Shown here piece by piece: positions 46,307-54,969 of a DNA stretch of 64,000 bases. The notes under the pieces are model-generated. The model ran no database searches. It saw nothing but the letters and a program-made list of their open reading frames with translations, and was not told where the DNA came from. How positions within the stretch are numbered: the stretch's first letter is position 1; each line of letters begins with the position of its first letter. Both the position numbers and the translations under genes were made by a program. Where the stretch lies: the IMG/VR virus record IMGVR_UViG_3300021364_000005. One strand, 5' to 3'. The stretch comes from a virus. Its lineage: Duplodnaviria; Caudoviricetes.

Positions 46307-46588
46307 TTACCACCAATTCATTGCTACACCAAAGCCGAACACGTTTACAATTACAAACCATCCTGTAAGCATCATAGGCCAAGCAAGTTTTCTCCTGATA
46401 TATCCCATTAATCCTGTTACACTTCCTATAAAAAAGAAAGGATAAACAATACGCATATCAGGTTGATCTGCTGTAAATGCTAGTGTAGCACTTGCGCCTA
46501 CAGTAAAAATGAAACTTAACACTTCATATGTAAATGCAATCTTATCTGTTTGGTAACTGTGTAACCAAAACTCTTTTATTTTATTCAT
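46307..46588 (-). CDS. Small membrane protein (about 3 TM)
   Basis: Hydrophobic segments; ATGA coupling. Confidence 0.7.
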   Translation of the reverse strand: MNKIKEFWLHSYQTDKIAFTYEVLSFIFTVGASATLAFTADQPDMRIVYPFFFIGSVTGLMGYIRRKLAWPMMLTGWFVIVNVFGFGVAMNWW

Positions 46589-46845
46589 TTATCATAGCCT
46601 AGTGTTGCGACAAGGGTTTCTAGATCTTCGTGTGCATCAGCGTGTGCGTCCCAGTCACGATTCTTTGCTATTTTAATTGCTTTGGTAATAAGGCTTGGTT
46701 TAATATCTAGCTCTTCTGCAACAGCTTTTACAGTTTCTTTTAAACCTGCATTAAGATCTTCTACTTCCTGCAATACTGTAACACCTTCACGTACTAGACG
46801 TTCAAGTTTTGCTTTTTCTTCAGCACCATAGGTACGGTCACTCAT
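46585..46845 (-). CDS. DsbA/GapR-like dsDNA-binding protein
   Basis: Helical pattern LKETVKAVAEELDIKPSLITKAIK resembles T4 DsbA; GGAG SD. Confidence 0.65.
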   Translation of the reverse strand: MSDRTYGAEEKAKLERLVREGVTVLQEVEDLNAGLKETVKAVAEELDIKPSLITKAIKIAKNRDWDAHADAHEDLETLVATLGYDK

Positions 46846-46873
46846 TAGATTCTCCAATTAGTTAATATATTTT

Positions 46874-46902
46874 ATTATACAACAAAGTTATGTATATGTC
46901 AA
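46874..46902 (-). promoter_or_regulatory. sigma70-type promoter
   Basis: TTGACA-17nt-TATAAT (perfect consensus). Confidence 0.85.
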
Positions 46903-47673
46903 TCTATTTTGAATAAGATTGTATGTTTTTTCTGCAAATGCTTTTTGAGACAAAGGACCAAAATGTTCGTTATCAGTTGCTCTATCTATGTCGGGAATAT
47001 ATCTATCGTTTTTATCGTCATGATATAAAGTATCATATTCGTCACATAAAGATACTAAATCAGATTCTTTTTCGTGCCAACCCCAGTAATTAAAAATATT
47101 AGGAATATTCTTTGATTTTATTAGACTAAAAACGCTTCTTAAATTTTGTAGTGCTGTAATATACTGAGTGTCATTCATACCTGCAAAATATAATTTTCGC
47201 CATTTTGTAAGCACAGAAGGATCTGTATCTCTGTCAAAATCTCCAGTTGGATATATTATTCCTATACTGTCATCATTTCTAAAATATTCCACTCTATCGG
47301 GAGTTGAACAATACCACACCACCATATCTACTTTATATAAGTCTAAAGCCCATACTGCATTTGTACAACAAACACCTACTGAGGCGCCTGGTGTACCTAC
47401 ATTTATTAGTTTGTAACCTAATTTGTTAGCAAGTTGTTCTGCCCACGTTTCTTTTGTTTGTAATCCTGTTCCAAAAGTATGGCTGCATCCTACTGTAAGC
47501 AAGGTTTTATTACCTGAAGTATCATGCTTACGTAAGCCAAACTCATTTGTTTGATAAATTCCAGATTTATAGTTTGGTGTTAGATGACTTCTTGGAAATT
47601 GTCTAATACTATCTTTAGTTTGCCAAATATGTGGAGTCTCAAGACCACGAGTATCGTTTGCTCTTTTGTTCAT
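46888..47673 (-). CDS. SGNH/GDSL hydrolase-like protein
   Basis: VGCSHTFG block I, NVGTPGAS, DNEHFG (DxxH). Confidence 0.72.
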   Translation of the reverse strand: MNKRANDTRGLETPHIWQTKDSIRQFPRSHLTPNYKSGIYQTNEFGLRKHDTSGNKTLLTVGCSHTFGTGLQTKETWAEQLANKLGYKLINVGTPGASVGVCCTNAVWALDLYKVDMVVWYCSTPDRVEYFRNDDSIGIIYPTGDFDRDTDPSVLTKWRKLYFAGMNDTQYITALQNLRSVFSLIKSKNIPNIFNYWGWHEKESDLVSLCDEYDTLYHDDKNDRYIPDIDRATDNEHFGPLSQKAFAEKTYNLIQNRLTYT

Positions 47674-47678
47674 AAAGA

Positions 47679-47685
47679 TATTTAT
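47679..47685 (-). promoter_or_regulatory. T4-late-like promoter, leaderless
   Basis: ATAAATA-tcttt-ATG. Confidence 0.65.
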
Positions 47686-47697
47686 TAGTAATATTTT

Positions 47698-47898
47698 TTA
47701 ATCTATTTTATTTTGGCGTTCCCAGGCCTCTTCAAACTGTTCTGCATAGTCATATAAAGGAGCACCATTGGCACCGTCATACCAAAGGCGTTTGAAATAT
47801 CCTTCTGCACTTGCTATTACTGTTTCAGGGGATGCATTGAGATGACCTTTAACCATATAGAATAATCTGTATTCTTCTTTAAGGTCGTTCCTTAACAT
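47698..47898 (-). CDS. Hypothetical protein
   Basis: Late promoter 4 nt before the ATG. Confidence 0.7.
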   Translation of the reverse strand: MLRNDLKEEYRLFYMVKGHLNASPETVIASAEGYFKRLWYDGANGAPLYDYAEQFEEAWERQNKID

Positions 47899-47902
47899 AC
47901 TG

Positions 47903-47909
47903 TATTTAC
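47903..47909 (-). promoter_or_regulatory. Late-like promoter, leaderless
   Basis: GTAAATA-cagt-ATG. Confidence 0.6.
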
Positions 47910-47935
47910 ATTGTTACAGTATTATAACGCTAACA

Positions 47936-48088
47936 TTAGGCTTTTTTAGCCATATTTGTAGCAGTGCCGTATTTTACAGCTTCCCAGTCTTTACCATAAC
48001 GTTTTTTGAATTCTTTGTCAGGGAGATCGTCTGCGTAATCGTCACGCTTCTTAATTTCTTTTTTTGTAAGTTTACGTTCGCTTGTTAC
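47936..48088 (-). other. Start-less 50-codon reading frame, candidate -1 frameshift extension of 48085..49005
   Basis: VTSERKLTKKEIKKRDDYADDLPDKEFKKRYGKDWEAVKYGTATNMAKKA*; no start codon between the upstream in-frame TAA and GTA. Confidence 0.7.
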
Positions 48089-49005
48089 TTTTTTTTTGAT
48101 TCTGCGAGTTTTGCATGAAGTGCCTTTTTATATGGATCGTTTGTTTCTTTTGTAACGATCTTAGGCTTTGCATTTGTTTCAGGCATAGCTGCTTCAGAAG
48201 CTTCTTCATAATCCATATGATGATATACGCTTCCTATATCATTAGCTGCTTTTGTAATTTTACTTTGAACCCATCCGTCGAGTCCTTCTGCTTCTGAAAC
48301 ACCTTTAAGCAAGTCGTGTAGCTTTATTGCGTATTTTGCAATTTTATATAGTTCTGCACGAGCCATTTGAACTTCATGATCTTGTTCAGCACGATGAGCG
48401 AGATCGCCTAAACCTTCATTAGTTTTTTTCTTACCTAAAATTTGGTCTTTAATTTTACCCTTTTCTTCTTCGCTTGCACCATCACGTCCTGCTTTTTGTA
48501 ATTTTTCAAAGCCTTTTTTACCGTATTTTTTTATTCCGGTATAACGCTGTAAACCGCTTTCTGTAGTATCTGTATCGCTCATATCACTTTCTCGCTTTAT
48601 TGGTTTGTATGCTCTGCCATCTTTAAGGGCATCAATGTACATTTTAAATGCACTATTATTATTTATCTGTCCACCTTGCCAACCGCCTGGCATTTTCTTA
48701 ACCCAACTTTGTCCTGCCCATTGCCACATAATACCTTTAGGATCTTTAAACCCTGTGCCTGGAGGAATTTCTTTGACACTTTTTGGAATAGGTATATTAG
48801 GATCAACTTTTACAGGAGTTACAGGAATAGGTTTCCATTCTGCCTTTTTTGGTTGCGGTTTGTCGTCACCATATGTGTCAGGATCTAAAGCCTTATCAAC
48901 AGCTCTGTTTAAAGCATCAGGGCTTTTTTTACCTGCTTGAAATCCTTTAGCGAAACCTTTGGCTACACTTTTGAAAGGATTTTCATTTAGTTCTGACTTT
49001 CTCAT
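48085..49005 (-). CDS. Putative head-internal/scaffold-type protein
   Basis: MRKSELNE N-terminus; internal TTE/TNE/LAE sites; late promoter; ends A_AAA_AAG_TAA. Confidence 0.7.
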   Translation of the reverse strand: MRKSELNENPFKSVAKGFAKGFQAGKKSPDALNRAVDKALDPDTYGDDKPQPKKAEWKPIPVTPVKVDPNIPIPKSVKEIPPGTGFKDPKGIMWQWAGQSWVKKMPGGWQGGQINNNSAFKMYIDALKDGRAYKPIKRESDMSDTDTTESGLQRYTGIKKYGKKGFEKLQKAGRDGASEEEKGKIKDQILGKKKTNEGLGDLAHRAEQDHEVQMARAELYKIAKYAIKLHDLLKGVSEAEGLDGWVQSKITKAANDIGSVYHHMDYEEASEAAMPETNAKPKIVTKETNDPYKKALHAKLAESKKK

Positions 49006-49009
49006 ACAG

Positions 49010-49016
49010 TATTTAT
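49010..49016 (-). promoter_or_regulatory. T4-late-like promoter, leaderless
   Basis: ATAAATA-ctgt-ATG. Confidence 0.68.
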
Positions 49017-49246
49017 GCCTTCTTCTTTTTCTTTTTAGGATTCCGTGACTTCATATTTCCAATTGGCATTGCTACACTTGCAACACCGCCTGCTGCTGTT
49101 GTTTCCGAAACTGTAGGATCATTACAGTTGCAGTGCTTACAAGTTGGAGGACATTTGCAATCTTCGGCCTTTGTGTCTGCTCCGCAACATTTATCTGAGC
49201 AATATTTGTCCTTTTTTTCTTCAGCTAATAGTTCATTGATTTTCAT
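49013..49246 (-). CDS. Small protein with an 8-Cys metallothionein-like segment
   Basis: MKINELLAE...CSDKCCGADTKAEDCKCPPTCKHCNCN...VSETT; GGAGG SD. Confidence 0.7.
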   Translation of the reverse strand: MKINELLAEEKKDKYCSDKCCGADTKAEDCKCPPTCKHCNCNDPTVSETTAAGGVASVAMPIGNMKSRNPKKKKKKA

Positions 49247-49503
49247 TAAAAATCCTCCATGTTCCATCCAGTTTCTGGATCTAATCTTCGTAATTGTTTT
49301 TTATACTTTTTATATGTTTTCCAATATTCTTCACGTTCATTTGCTCTTGCCCGTCGAGCTTCGTGTTCTTTTAATTTGGCAACATAGTGTGCCCATTCAA
49401 TATCATCTATACTGTTATCTTCGTGTTCTCTCCACGTTTTGCTATACCCGTCTGGATATAGTTCTACTACTTTTTCTTCCCGCCCTTCATATTTGCGCAC
49501 CAA
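49246..49503 (-). CDS. Hypothetical protein (independent TTG start, or -1 extension of the upstream gene)
   Basis: 85-codon frame; GAGGA 7 nt before the TTG. Confidence 0.55.
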   Translation of the reverse strand: MVRKYEGREEKVVELYPDGYSKTWREHEDNSIDDIEWAHYVAKLKEHEARRARANEREEYWKTYKKYKKQLRRLDPETGWNMEDF

Positions 49504-50732
49504 TGATACATCCTCGCTTTCTCACCTGAGCTATTCTTAGCTCTCTTTCGTAAATCTGTAACACTACCGTTGCAACTAGCACCTGAACGTTTTACACGCC
49601 CTGGTCTGCTTTTGCCTTTTTTCTTACCGTCAGCAAAGTTTTCGCCTACTGCTTGTTTAATTGCTTTTGCTGTGCGTTCGAATTTATGGTCTTTGTACTT
49701 AAATCCTATACCGCCTGCAGATTCCCATGCATTTATGTTTACGCCGTAGTCGTCAATTAATATATTAGGAGTACCATTTTCGTTTTTTGCATATTGTGGT
49801 TTATTATGAGTTATGTATATATTTTTTGGAGGGAAGAAACTAAGATGCTTTTTGATCCATTGTTTCTTGTGTGGCTCTGATCTAGGGTCATCTGCTAATG
49901 GACTAGAACAAATATTATAACTGCCTTTAACTTGCTTTATTAACATAAGCAATTCTTTAGCTTGAGGCAACATAGGCAGTTTCAACCAAAAATCATCTAC
50001 AGTTTTAATTTTCTTTAAAGCAGCTTGTGGATCTTTAATATCTCTAAAATTTTTCTTACCTGCAACTTTTGCCCATTCTCCAAAAAAGTCTGCAAGCACT
50101 CCGTCCATATCGACGTAAATCTCTGTGCTTGGATCTAATTCGCCTAATGCTTCGGATAAGTCATAGGCAGCAAGCTCTTGCATTATTGCGCTCATTCTTT
50201 TTTGAGGACGTTGTGGAACTTCGTGTCCACCTTCCATTAGTGCTAGTTCATATGCGGAGTAATTTTCATGATATGCTTTATCAGTTGCTGTTTTTGCTTT
50301 TTCAGCATCAGGGTGTTTTGGATTAATAGTAACTACTTCGCCATTAATTAGTTCTGCAACATTTGCACTTTTGCCAATTGTGTCTAATAGCTGATGTAAA
50401 TCATCATTAGGATCATAGTTACCACTTTCATATCCTAACTTTCCTCTTACTTCTGTACGCCTACCTGTATCAGTATTAGTAATGTTAAGGACAAGCATTT
50501 CTTTATCTCTTTCAAGTTGTAATTTATACCCTTCTGCAAGTCCTAGATTAAAAAGAACATTTGTTGATTTGCCTTTTACTTTGCTACTCAGCGTAGGAGG
50601 CTTTCCGTCTTTATCTACTTTGTTTCCAAACTTAGCTGCTTCGATAGAAGTTTGATTAACACCAACATCGTGTGTTGTATTAACACCTTTTACTATTCTT
50701 CCAACTGCTTCATCTAAATGTTCAATTTTCAT
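49467..50732 (-). CDS. Multidomain head-internal-type protein with a 5'(3')-deoxyribonucleotidase HAD domain
   Basis: MKIEHLDE start (ATGA overlap); YVDMDGVLADF ... CSSP ... LIDDY; basic C-terminal ENFADGK domain. Confidence 0.78.
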   Translation of the reverse strand: MKIEHLDEAVGRIVKGVNTTHDVGVNQTSIEAAKFGNKVDKDGKPPTLSSKVKGKSTNVLFNLGLAEGYKLQLERDKEMLVLNITNTDTGRRTEVRGKLGYESGNYDPNDDLHQLLDTIGKSANVAELINGEVVTINPKHPDAEKAKTATDKAYHENYSAYELALMEGGHEVPQRPQKRMSAIMQELAAYDLSEALGELDPSTEIYVDMDGVLADFFGEWAKVAGKKNFRDIKDPQAALKKIKTVDDFWLKLPMLPQAKELLMLIKQVKGSYNICSSPLADDPRSEPHKKQWIKKHLSFFPPKNIYITHNKPQYAKNENGTPNILIDDYGVNINAWESAGGIGFKYKDHKFERTAKAIKQAVGENFADGKKKGKSRPGRVKRSGASCNGSVTDLRKRAKNSSGEKARMYHWCANMKGGKKK

Positions 50733-50947
50733 TTTTTCTTGCGTCCCCTGAATTGAGGAACTCCTGTCATATATGGTTTTGAAAACCATAATTTGAACCA
50801 GTCTTTATCTCCTGGTTTTAAATTTAATCTTTTTTCTTTCTTTTTTAATTCAGCAGCTGTCTCGGAAGGGTTTTCGTCAATGTGATATTCTGAGTATCCT
50901 TTGAATTCATTTATACCTGCTAGTCTTTTTAAAGTATCTAAATCCAT
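50729..50947 (-). CDS. Small head-associated-type protein
   Basis: LKRLAGINE motif; TAATG coupling. Confidence 0.65.
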   Translation of the reverse strand: MDLDTLKRLAGINEFKGYSEYHIDENPSETAAELKKKEKRLNLKPGDKDWFKLWFSKPYMTGVPQFRGRKKK

Positions 50948-52017
50948 TAGTCTGCATTCCTGATTTGATATTTTATTCCTAAGTTATCAAACAGTTTACT
51001 AGCTTGTGCAATATTTGTCAATGCCTGTTTTACTTGTGGTAGATATTCTTCATTATCTTCTACTTTACGCATAAACTTCTTTGCCTGATCTGGCATAATC
51101 CAAATAAGTTTGCCACTCCATGCAGCACCTTTGCGGTAAAAACTTAAGAAGTGTTCTTTGTTATCCTGTCTATTAGCAATCCAGTCTAATACCTTAAGTT
51201 TGTTTGGATCCTGTTCTTTAATACTAGGTGCTGTGCTTTTGGATTTAAAAACATCAAGTTCGTCTGTTCTACCTTTATGCTTTTGGTATCCTTGTTTAGC
51301 AAGTCTTTTTTTGTCTTTGTGCGCACCCATTGCACCGCTCTTACGCAAATCTTGCATAGTTTGTGCATTTGGATCTCTTGGCTTGATTAGCTTGGGTTTA
51401 GATGCTTCGGTCTGTTCGCTTAGTGCTTGATTTAATAATTGCACTGCTGTTTCGGCACCCTTACCATACATTTGTTGTGCAGCCTTTAACTTATCTTCAT
51501 CTGACATTTCAGGCCAAGTAGCTCTTAGTTCGCTTGCACTTTTTATCTGCATACCTGAAAAATTGAAGTTAATTGTTGGACCATATGCCATGTATCCTGC
51601 TACTTCACTAGGTTCTAAATCTTTATTCTTATAACTTCTTAGGTATCCTGGTTCGCCATTCTTTTTTATTTGATCAGGTAAAGGTTGGGATGTTTTATCT
51701 TTTTCGCTACGGATAAACACTAGTGCTTTAGAATCATCTAATATATCTAAATAACTCTTAGCATTAAACGGTGATTTTACTTGTATAAATCTTTGTTCTG
51801 GAACGCCTGCCATTGCAGCAAGTTTTTTCTTTACATCGAAAGGAAATGGTCTTGAACTAGTATCGTTTGTAGCAGCTACGTATACATTAGCTTTTCCAAA
51901 CTCTTTAACTGCCCAGTCATACAAACTTTTATGTCCAGGATGGAACGGATGAAACCCGCCAGGCATAATTGCTACAACGCCATTTGCTGATTGTTCAAAC
52001 AGTTCCCTTAGTAGCAT
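50947..52017 (-). CDS. Cytidylyltransferase-superfamily (HxGH) nucleotidyltransferase-like protein
   Basis: MLLRELFE; MPGGFHPFHPGH; SASELR. Confidence 0.75.
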   Translation of the reverse strand: MLLRELFEQSANGVVAIMPGGFHPFHPGHKSLYDWAVKEFGKANVYVAATNDTSSRPFPFDVKKKLAAMAGVPEQRFIQVKSPFNAKSYLDILDDSKALVFIRSEKDKTSQPLPDQIKKNGEPGYLRSYKNKDLEPSEVAGYMAYGPTINFNFSGMQIKSASELRATWPEMSDEDKLKAAQQMYGKGAETAVQLLNQALSEQTEASKPKLIKPRDPNAQTMQDLRKSGAMGAHKDKKRLAKQGYQKHKGRTDELDVFKSKSTAPSIKEQDPNKLKVLDWIANRQDNKEHFLSFYRKGAAWSGKLIWIMPDQAKKFMRKVEDNEEYLPQVKQALTNIAQASKLFDNLGIKYQIRNAD

Positions 52018-52343
52018 TAGTAATCACCTTTTCTCAGTGCTTCTATTTCATCCTCGTATATACGATTGATTATATCATCATAATCTTCAGTTGTCAACAA
52101 GTCTTCAGGTAATTTATTAATTTTGTAACATTCTACATAACCTTTAGTAGCAAGTTCTACCATAGGTCCTATTAAATCTTTAGCATTGTTTTGACTTTTT
52201 AACTCGTCCTGCATTTTACACATTGTTGGATAATAAACCTTGCGGTAAAACATTGGATCGTTTTTCATATACTGTTGAACATCATCTACAACATCAAAAG
52301 GCATTTGATCCTGATGTGATGTAAATTCTAGTATCTTTACCAT
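52017..52343 (-). CDS. Hypothetical phage protein
   Basis: Coupled ORF. Confidence 0.7.
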   Translation of the reverse strand: MVKILEFTSHQDQMPFDVVDDVQQYMKNDPMFYRKVYYPTMCKMQDELKSQNNAKDLIGPMVELATKGYVECYKINKLPEDLLTTEDYDDIINRIYEDEIEALRKGDY

Positions 52344-52903
52344 TTTCTACAACTCCAGTATCTTGCTTTTGTTCTTGGACCTGGATTATCACAGTTGTGT
52401 CTAGCACGGAATGAACGTCTACGAGCAGGATTAGATTTCTTAATCTTCATGTTAGGATCACCAAAGTTTACTTTCTTAACATTCTTAGTCTTTGGATCTC
52501 TAACATAAACTTTAAACTTTTTGACATCGCCCTGCATTGGTTTACCAAGTTTTACTTTACGGCCTTGATATTCTGCTTCGTCCATTTCTTCATCTTCGTT
52601 GTACCACATTACGCCGTACTCTTCGAAGAAGTCATTACCGTCATATGTTTCTTCATCAAGCATTTCTTCATTAGTAGAAATTTCAATATCAAAATCATCA
52701 TATCCTGACTCAGTCATAAACGCAACTAATCTATCAGCATATTCATCTGCTTCAGATTCTGTTAATTCTCTTGCTAAAGGAATATGAATTACAGTTGCAC
52801 CTTGTTCTGATTCTAAAAGTTCCATGCCTGGAAAGATACTTTCATTTATCATTCCATTTATTTCATCTTGTTTTTCCATTACAACTCTTACAAAATGTTC
52901 CAT
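52337..52903 (-). CDS. Phage protein with an acidic N-terminus and a basic C-terminal domain
   Basis: EAEYQGRKVKLGKP...SFRARHNC...ARYWSC; late promoter 52921-52927. Confidence 0.75.
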   Translation of the reverse strand: MEHFVRVVMEKQDEINGMINESIFPGMELLESEQGATVIHIPLARELTESEADEYADRLVAFMTESGYDDFDIEISTNEEMLDEETYDGNDFFEEYGVMWYNEDEEMDEAEYQGRKVKLGKPMQGDVKKFKVYVRDPKTKNVKKVNFGDPNMKIKKSNPARRRSFRARHNCDNPGPRTKARYWSCRKW

Positions 52904-52930
52904 AATTGTTTCCTTTTTAGTATTTATCTA

Positions 52931-53674
52931 CTATACTGTTCCTAAGTATTCTACAGTGATGGTCCATGCGTCTATGTCACCTGTTACAGATCCGCTATTT
53001 CGACGGTTTCTATCTTCACTTGTTAGTCTGTCACCTCGTGTAACTCTAAATCTAGTTTCTTTATGTTCCCACGCTGCATTCCAATCGGTTGCATCACTTG
53101 ATGTGTCTTTGATAGTAAACTCTACTTGTGTAATCGTACCTGGAAAGGCTTCTGTTTGTCCGAGGTTGCCAAAGTCTGTAAAGTCTATTGAATTACTAGG
53201 TGCAAACTGTCCTTCCATTGCAAAGTATACATGATTACTGCTAGTAGTTGTTGCTCCTGCTGTTGGTTGACTTTCAGTAGAACGCCAGCGGGTGTCTGCT
53301 GTAATTGTAGGATAAGTAAAGCTACCTACAGTAATATCTATATCGTACACCATTATCCAGGCACTAGGCTGTATATATGGATCAACTATTTTACCAGGCA
53401 TATAAGTTCCGTTAGGAAAAGCAAAAGAAAGTCCTGAATATTCTGCTGAAGAACTTGGGTTATCCCATTTGTCCCACGCCCAGTTACCCGAAAATTCATT
53501 TGCATAAAATTCAGTTTTACTATGATAAAGTAATCCCGGTGTGCTACTACCACTGTTAACACCTAATGAAATCGGTCCACCTAAGCCTGTAGTTGTAATA
53601 GAAAGTGCATCTTCTAGGTTTACAGCAGGTCTACGTCCGGCCCTAAAACTATGCGTAAAACTACCAAAAGCCAT
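52931..53674 (-). CDS. Probable virion structural protein
   Basis: Ser/Thr/Gly-rich beta composition, in the structural block. Confidence 0.6.
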   Translation of the reverse strand: MAFGSFTHSFRAGRRPAVNLEDALSITTTGLGGPISLGVNSGSSTPGLLYHSKTEFYANEFSGNWAWDKWDNPSSSAEYSGLSFAFPNGTYMPGKIVDPYIQPSAWIMVYDIDITVGSFTYPTITADTRWRSTESQPTAGATTTSSNHVYFAMEGQFAPSNSIDFTDFGNLGQTEAFPGTITQVEFTIKDTSSDATDWNAAWEHKETRFRVTRGDRLTSEDRNRRNSGSVTGDIDAWTITVEYLGTV

Positions 53675-54960
53675 TATGAAAAGTCCACTAGTTGTCCGAG
53701 TATATGATAAGTTGCACCAATTACGATAATACTAAAACTTACAACGTCAACACCATTTGCTGTACCTGTTGGCGGAGTTCCGCCTTGCCATCTTATAGTC
53801 TGTGGGGCTCCCATGATTTGTACTGCTGAAGGAATAAAAGGCTGTGACTCTTGTATGATTGCTAGTGTTACGTTTCTTGCACTATCTAGTGGTACATTTA
53901 TATTAATAAAGTTTGCTGTCCAATCTGCTGCTGGTTGAATGTTCCACCAAACATTTGTTGCATTACAGTCATATGTTACAACACCTGTCGGATTGTTAAC
54001 CTGTACTAATTGTTCTAATATGCCGTGATTAAGTATATGTAAGTCTGCGCCTCCAACAGTCATACCAGCTTGGAAATCAATAAGGTCTGTAGTGGTTGCA
54101 CCCCTAGTTGTTACATCTTGTAAAGTGTCAGCAGATTGTGCTACCCAGGAATAATCTCCATTACCTGAAAGAGCACTAGCGTCCCAACTTAGAACATATC
54201 CGTCTGTTGGTGCTGTGCTACCTGACCATAGATGATTATTAATTACAGGATTAAATGCACTTCCGCCAGCGATAGTTGCACTACCAAAATGAATTGTTGT
54301 ACCTTGTAAATCATATGTTCCGCCAGGTTGAGCATTTATGCCTCCTGTACCAATATCTATAGTGGTTACAGCTATTTTGCCAGTTACACTTACACCATAA
54401 GTTTCGTCTTGAATATTATTTAAACTTGAACCTGATGATTGTGCAACCCATGCATAATCTGAGCCGTCCCAACTTAATACTTCGTTACTAGTTGCAGTGC
54501 TTGTGTTTAAATGAGCATCAATGTCTGCATTCAAGTTGCCTACTGGCTGATATTGTGATAGATCTGGGGGAGCATAAGTAAAAACTCCAGTTGTATTATC
54601 ATAAGAAATACCGCCATCGCCTGAAGCAGGATCTTCAGCACCTACACTTAAATCACCTAAGGCAATGCCTGCTGCTGGTATTGTTGGCTTGTTTGTTAAA
54701 CTATCATAGTCTCCGTCAAATGTACTAAATGAACTTAAATCGGGCGGAGTATATGTAAATACACCTGTAGTGTTATTGTACGAAAGAGCTGCTGTGCCTG
54801 CAGGATTTGTAGATATACTTAGATCTGTAAGTGCAATACCGCCGCCGCTTGATATATACAATTCATCAAAGTTGTCATTGATTTTGTCAAACGCTGAACG
54901 AAGGCTTTCACCGTCCCCTGCTAGTTCTGCTGATCCAATGTTAATTGTTTGCTTTGCCAT
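53674..54960 (-). CDS. Baseplate/fibre structural protein with T4 gp9/gp10-like N-terminus
   Basis: MAKQTINIG...DGESLRSAFDKINDNFDELY; repeats of SYxNTTGVFTYxPPDLS and VLSWDG. Confidence 0.72.
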   Translation of the reverse strand: MAKQTINIGSAELAGDGESLRSAFDKINDNFDELYISSGGGIALTDLSISTNPAGTAALSYNNTTGVFTYTPPDLSSFSTFDGDYDSLTNKPTIPAAGIALGDLSVGAEDPASGDGGISYDNTTGVFTYAPPDLSQYQPVGNLNADIDAHLNTSTATSNEVLSWDGSDYAWVAQSSGSSLNNIQDETYGVSVTGKIAVTTIDIGTGGINAQPGGTYDLQGTTIHFGSATIAGGSAFNPVINNHLWSGSTAPTDGYVLSWDASALSGNGDYSWVAQSADTLQDVTTRGATTTDLIDFQAGMTVGGADLHILNHGILEQLVQVNNPTGVVTYDCNATNVWWNIQPAADWTANFININVPLDSARNVTLAIIQESQPFIPSAVQIMGAPQTIRWQGGTPPTGTANGVDVVSFSIIVIGATYHILGQLVDFS

Positions 54961-54969
54961 TTGCCCACC

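Noticed and set aside
49017-49040. Lys-codon run at the end of the Cys-rich gene as another slip site
   Set aside because: The -1 frame stops within about 8 codons, at the next gene's start, so it yields no meaningful extension.
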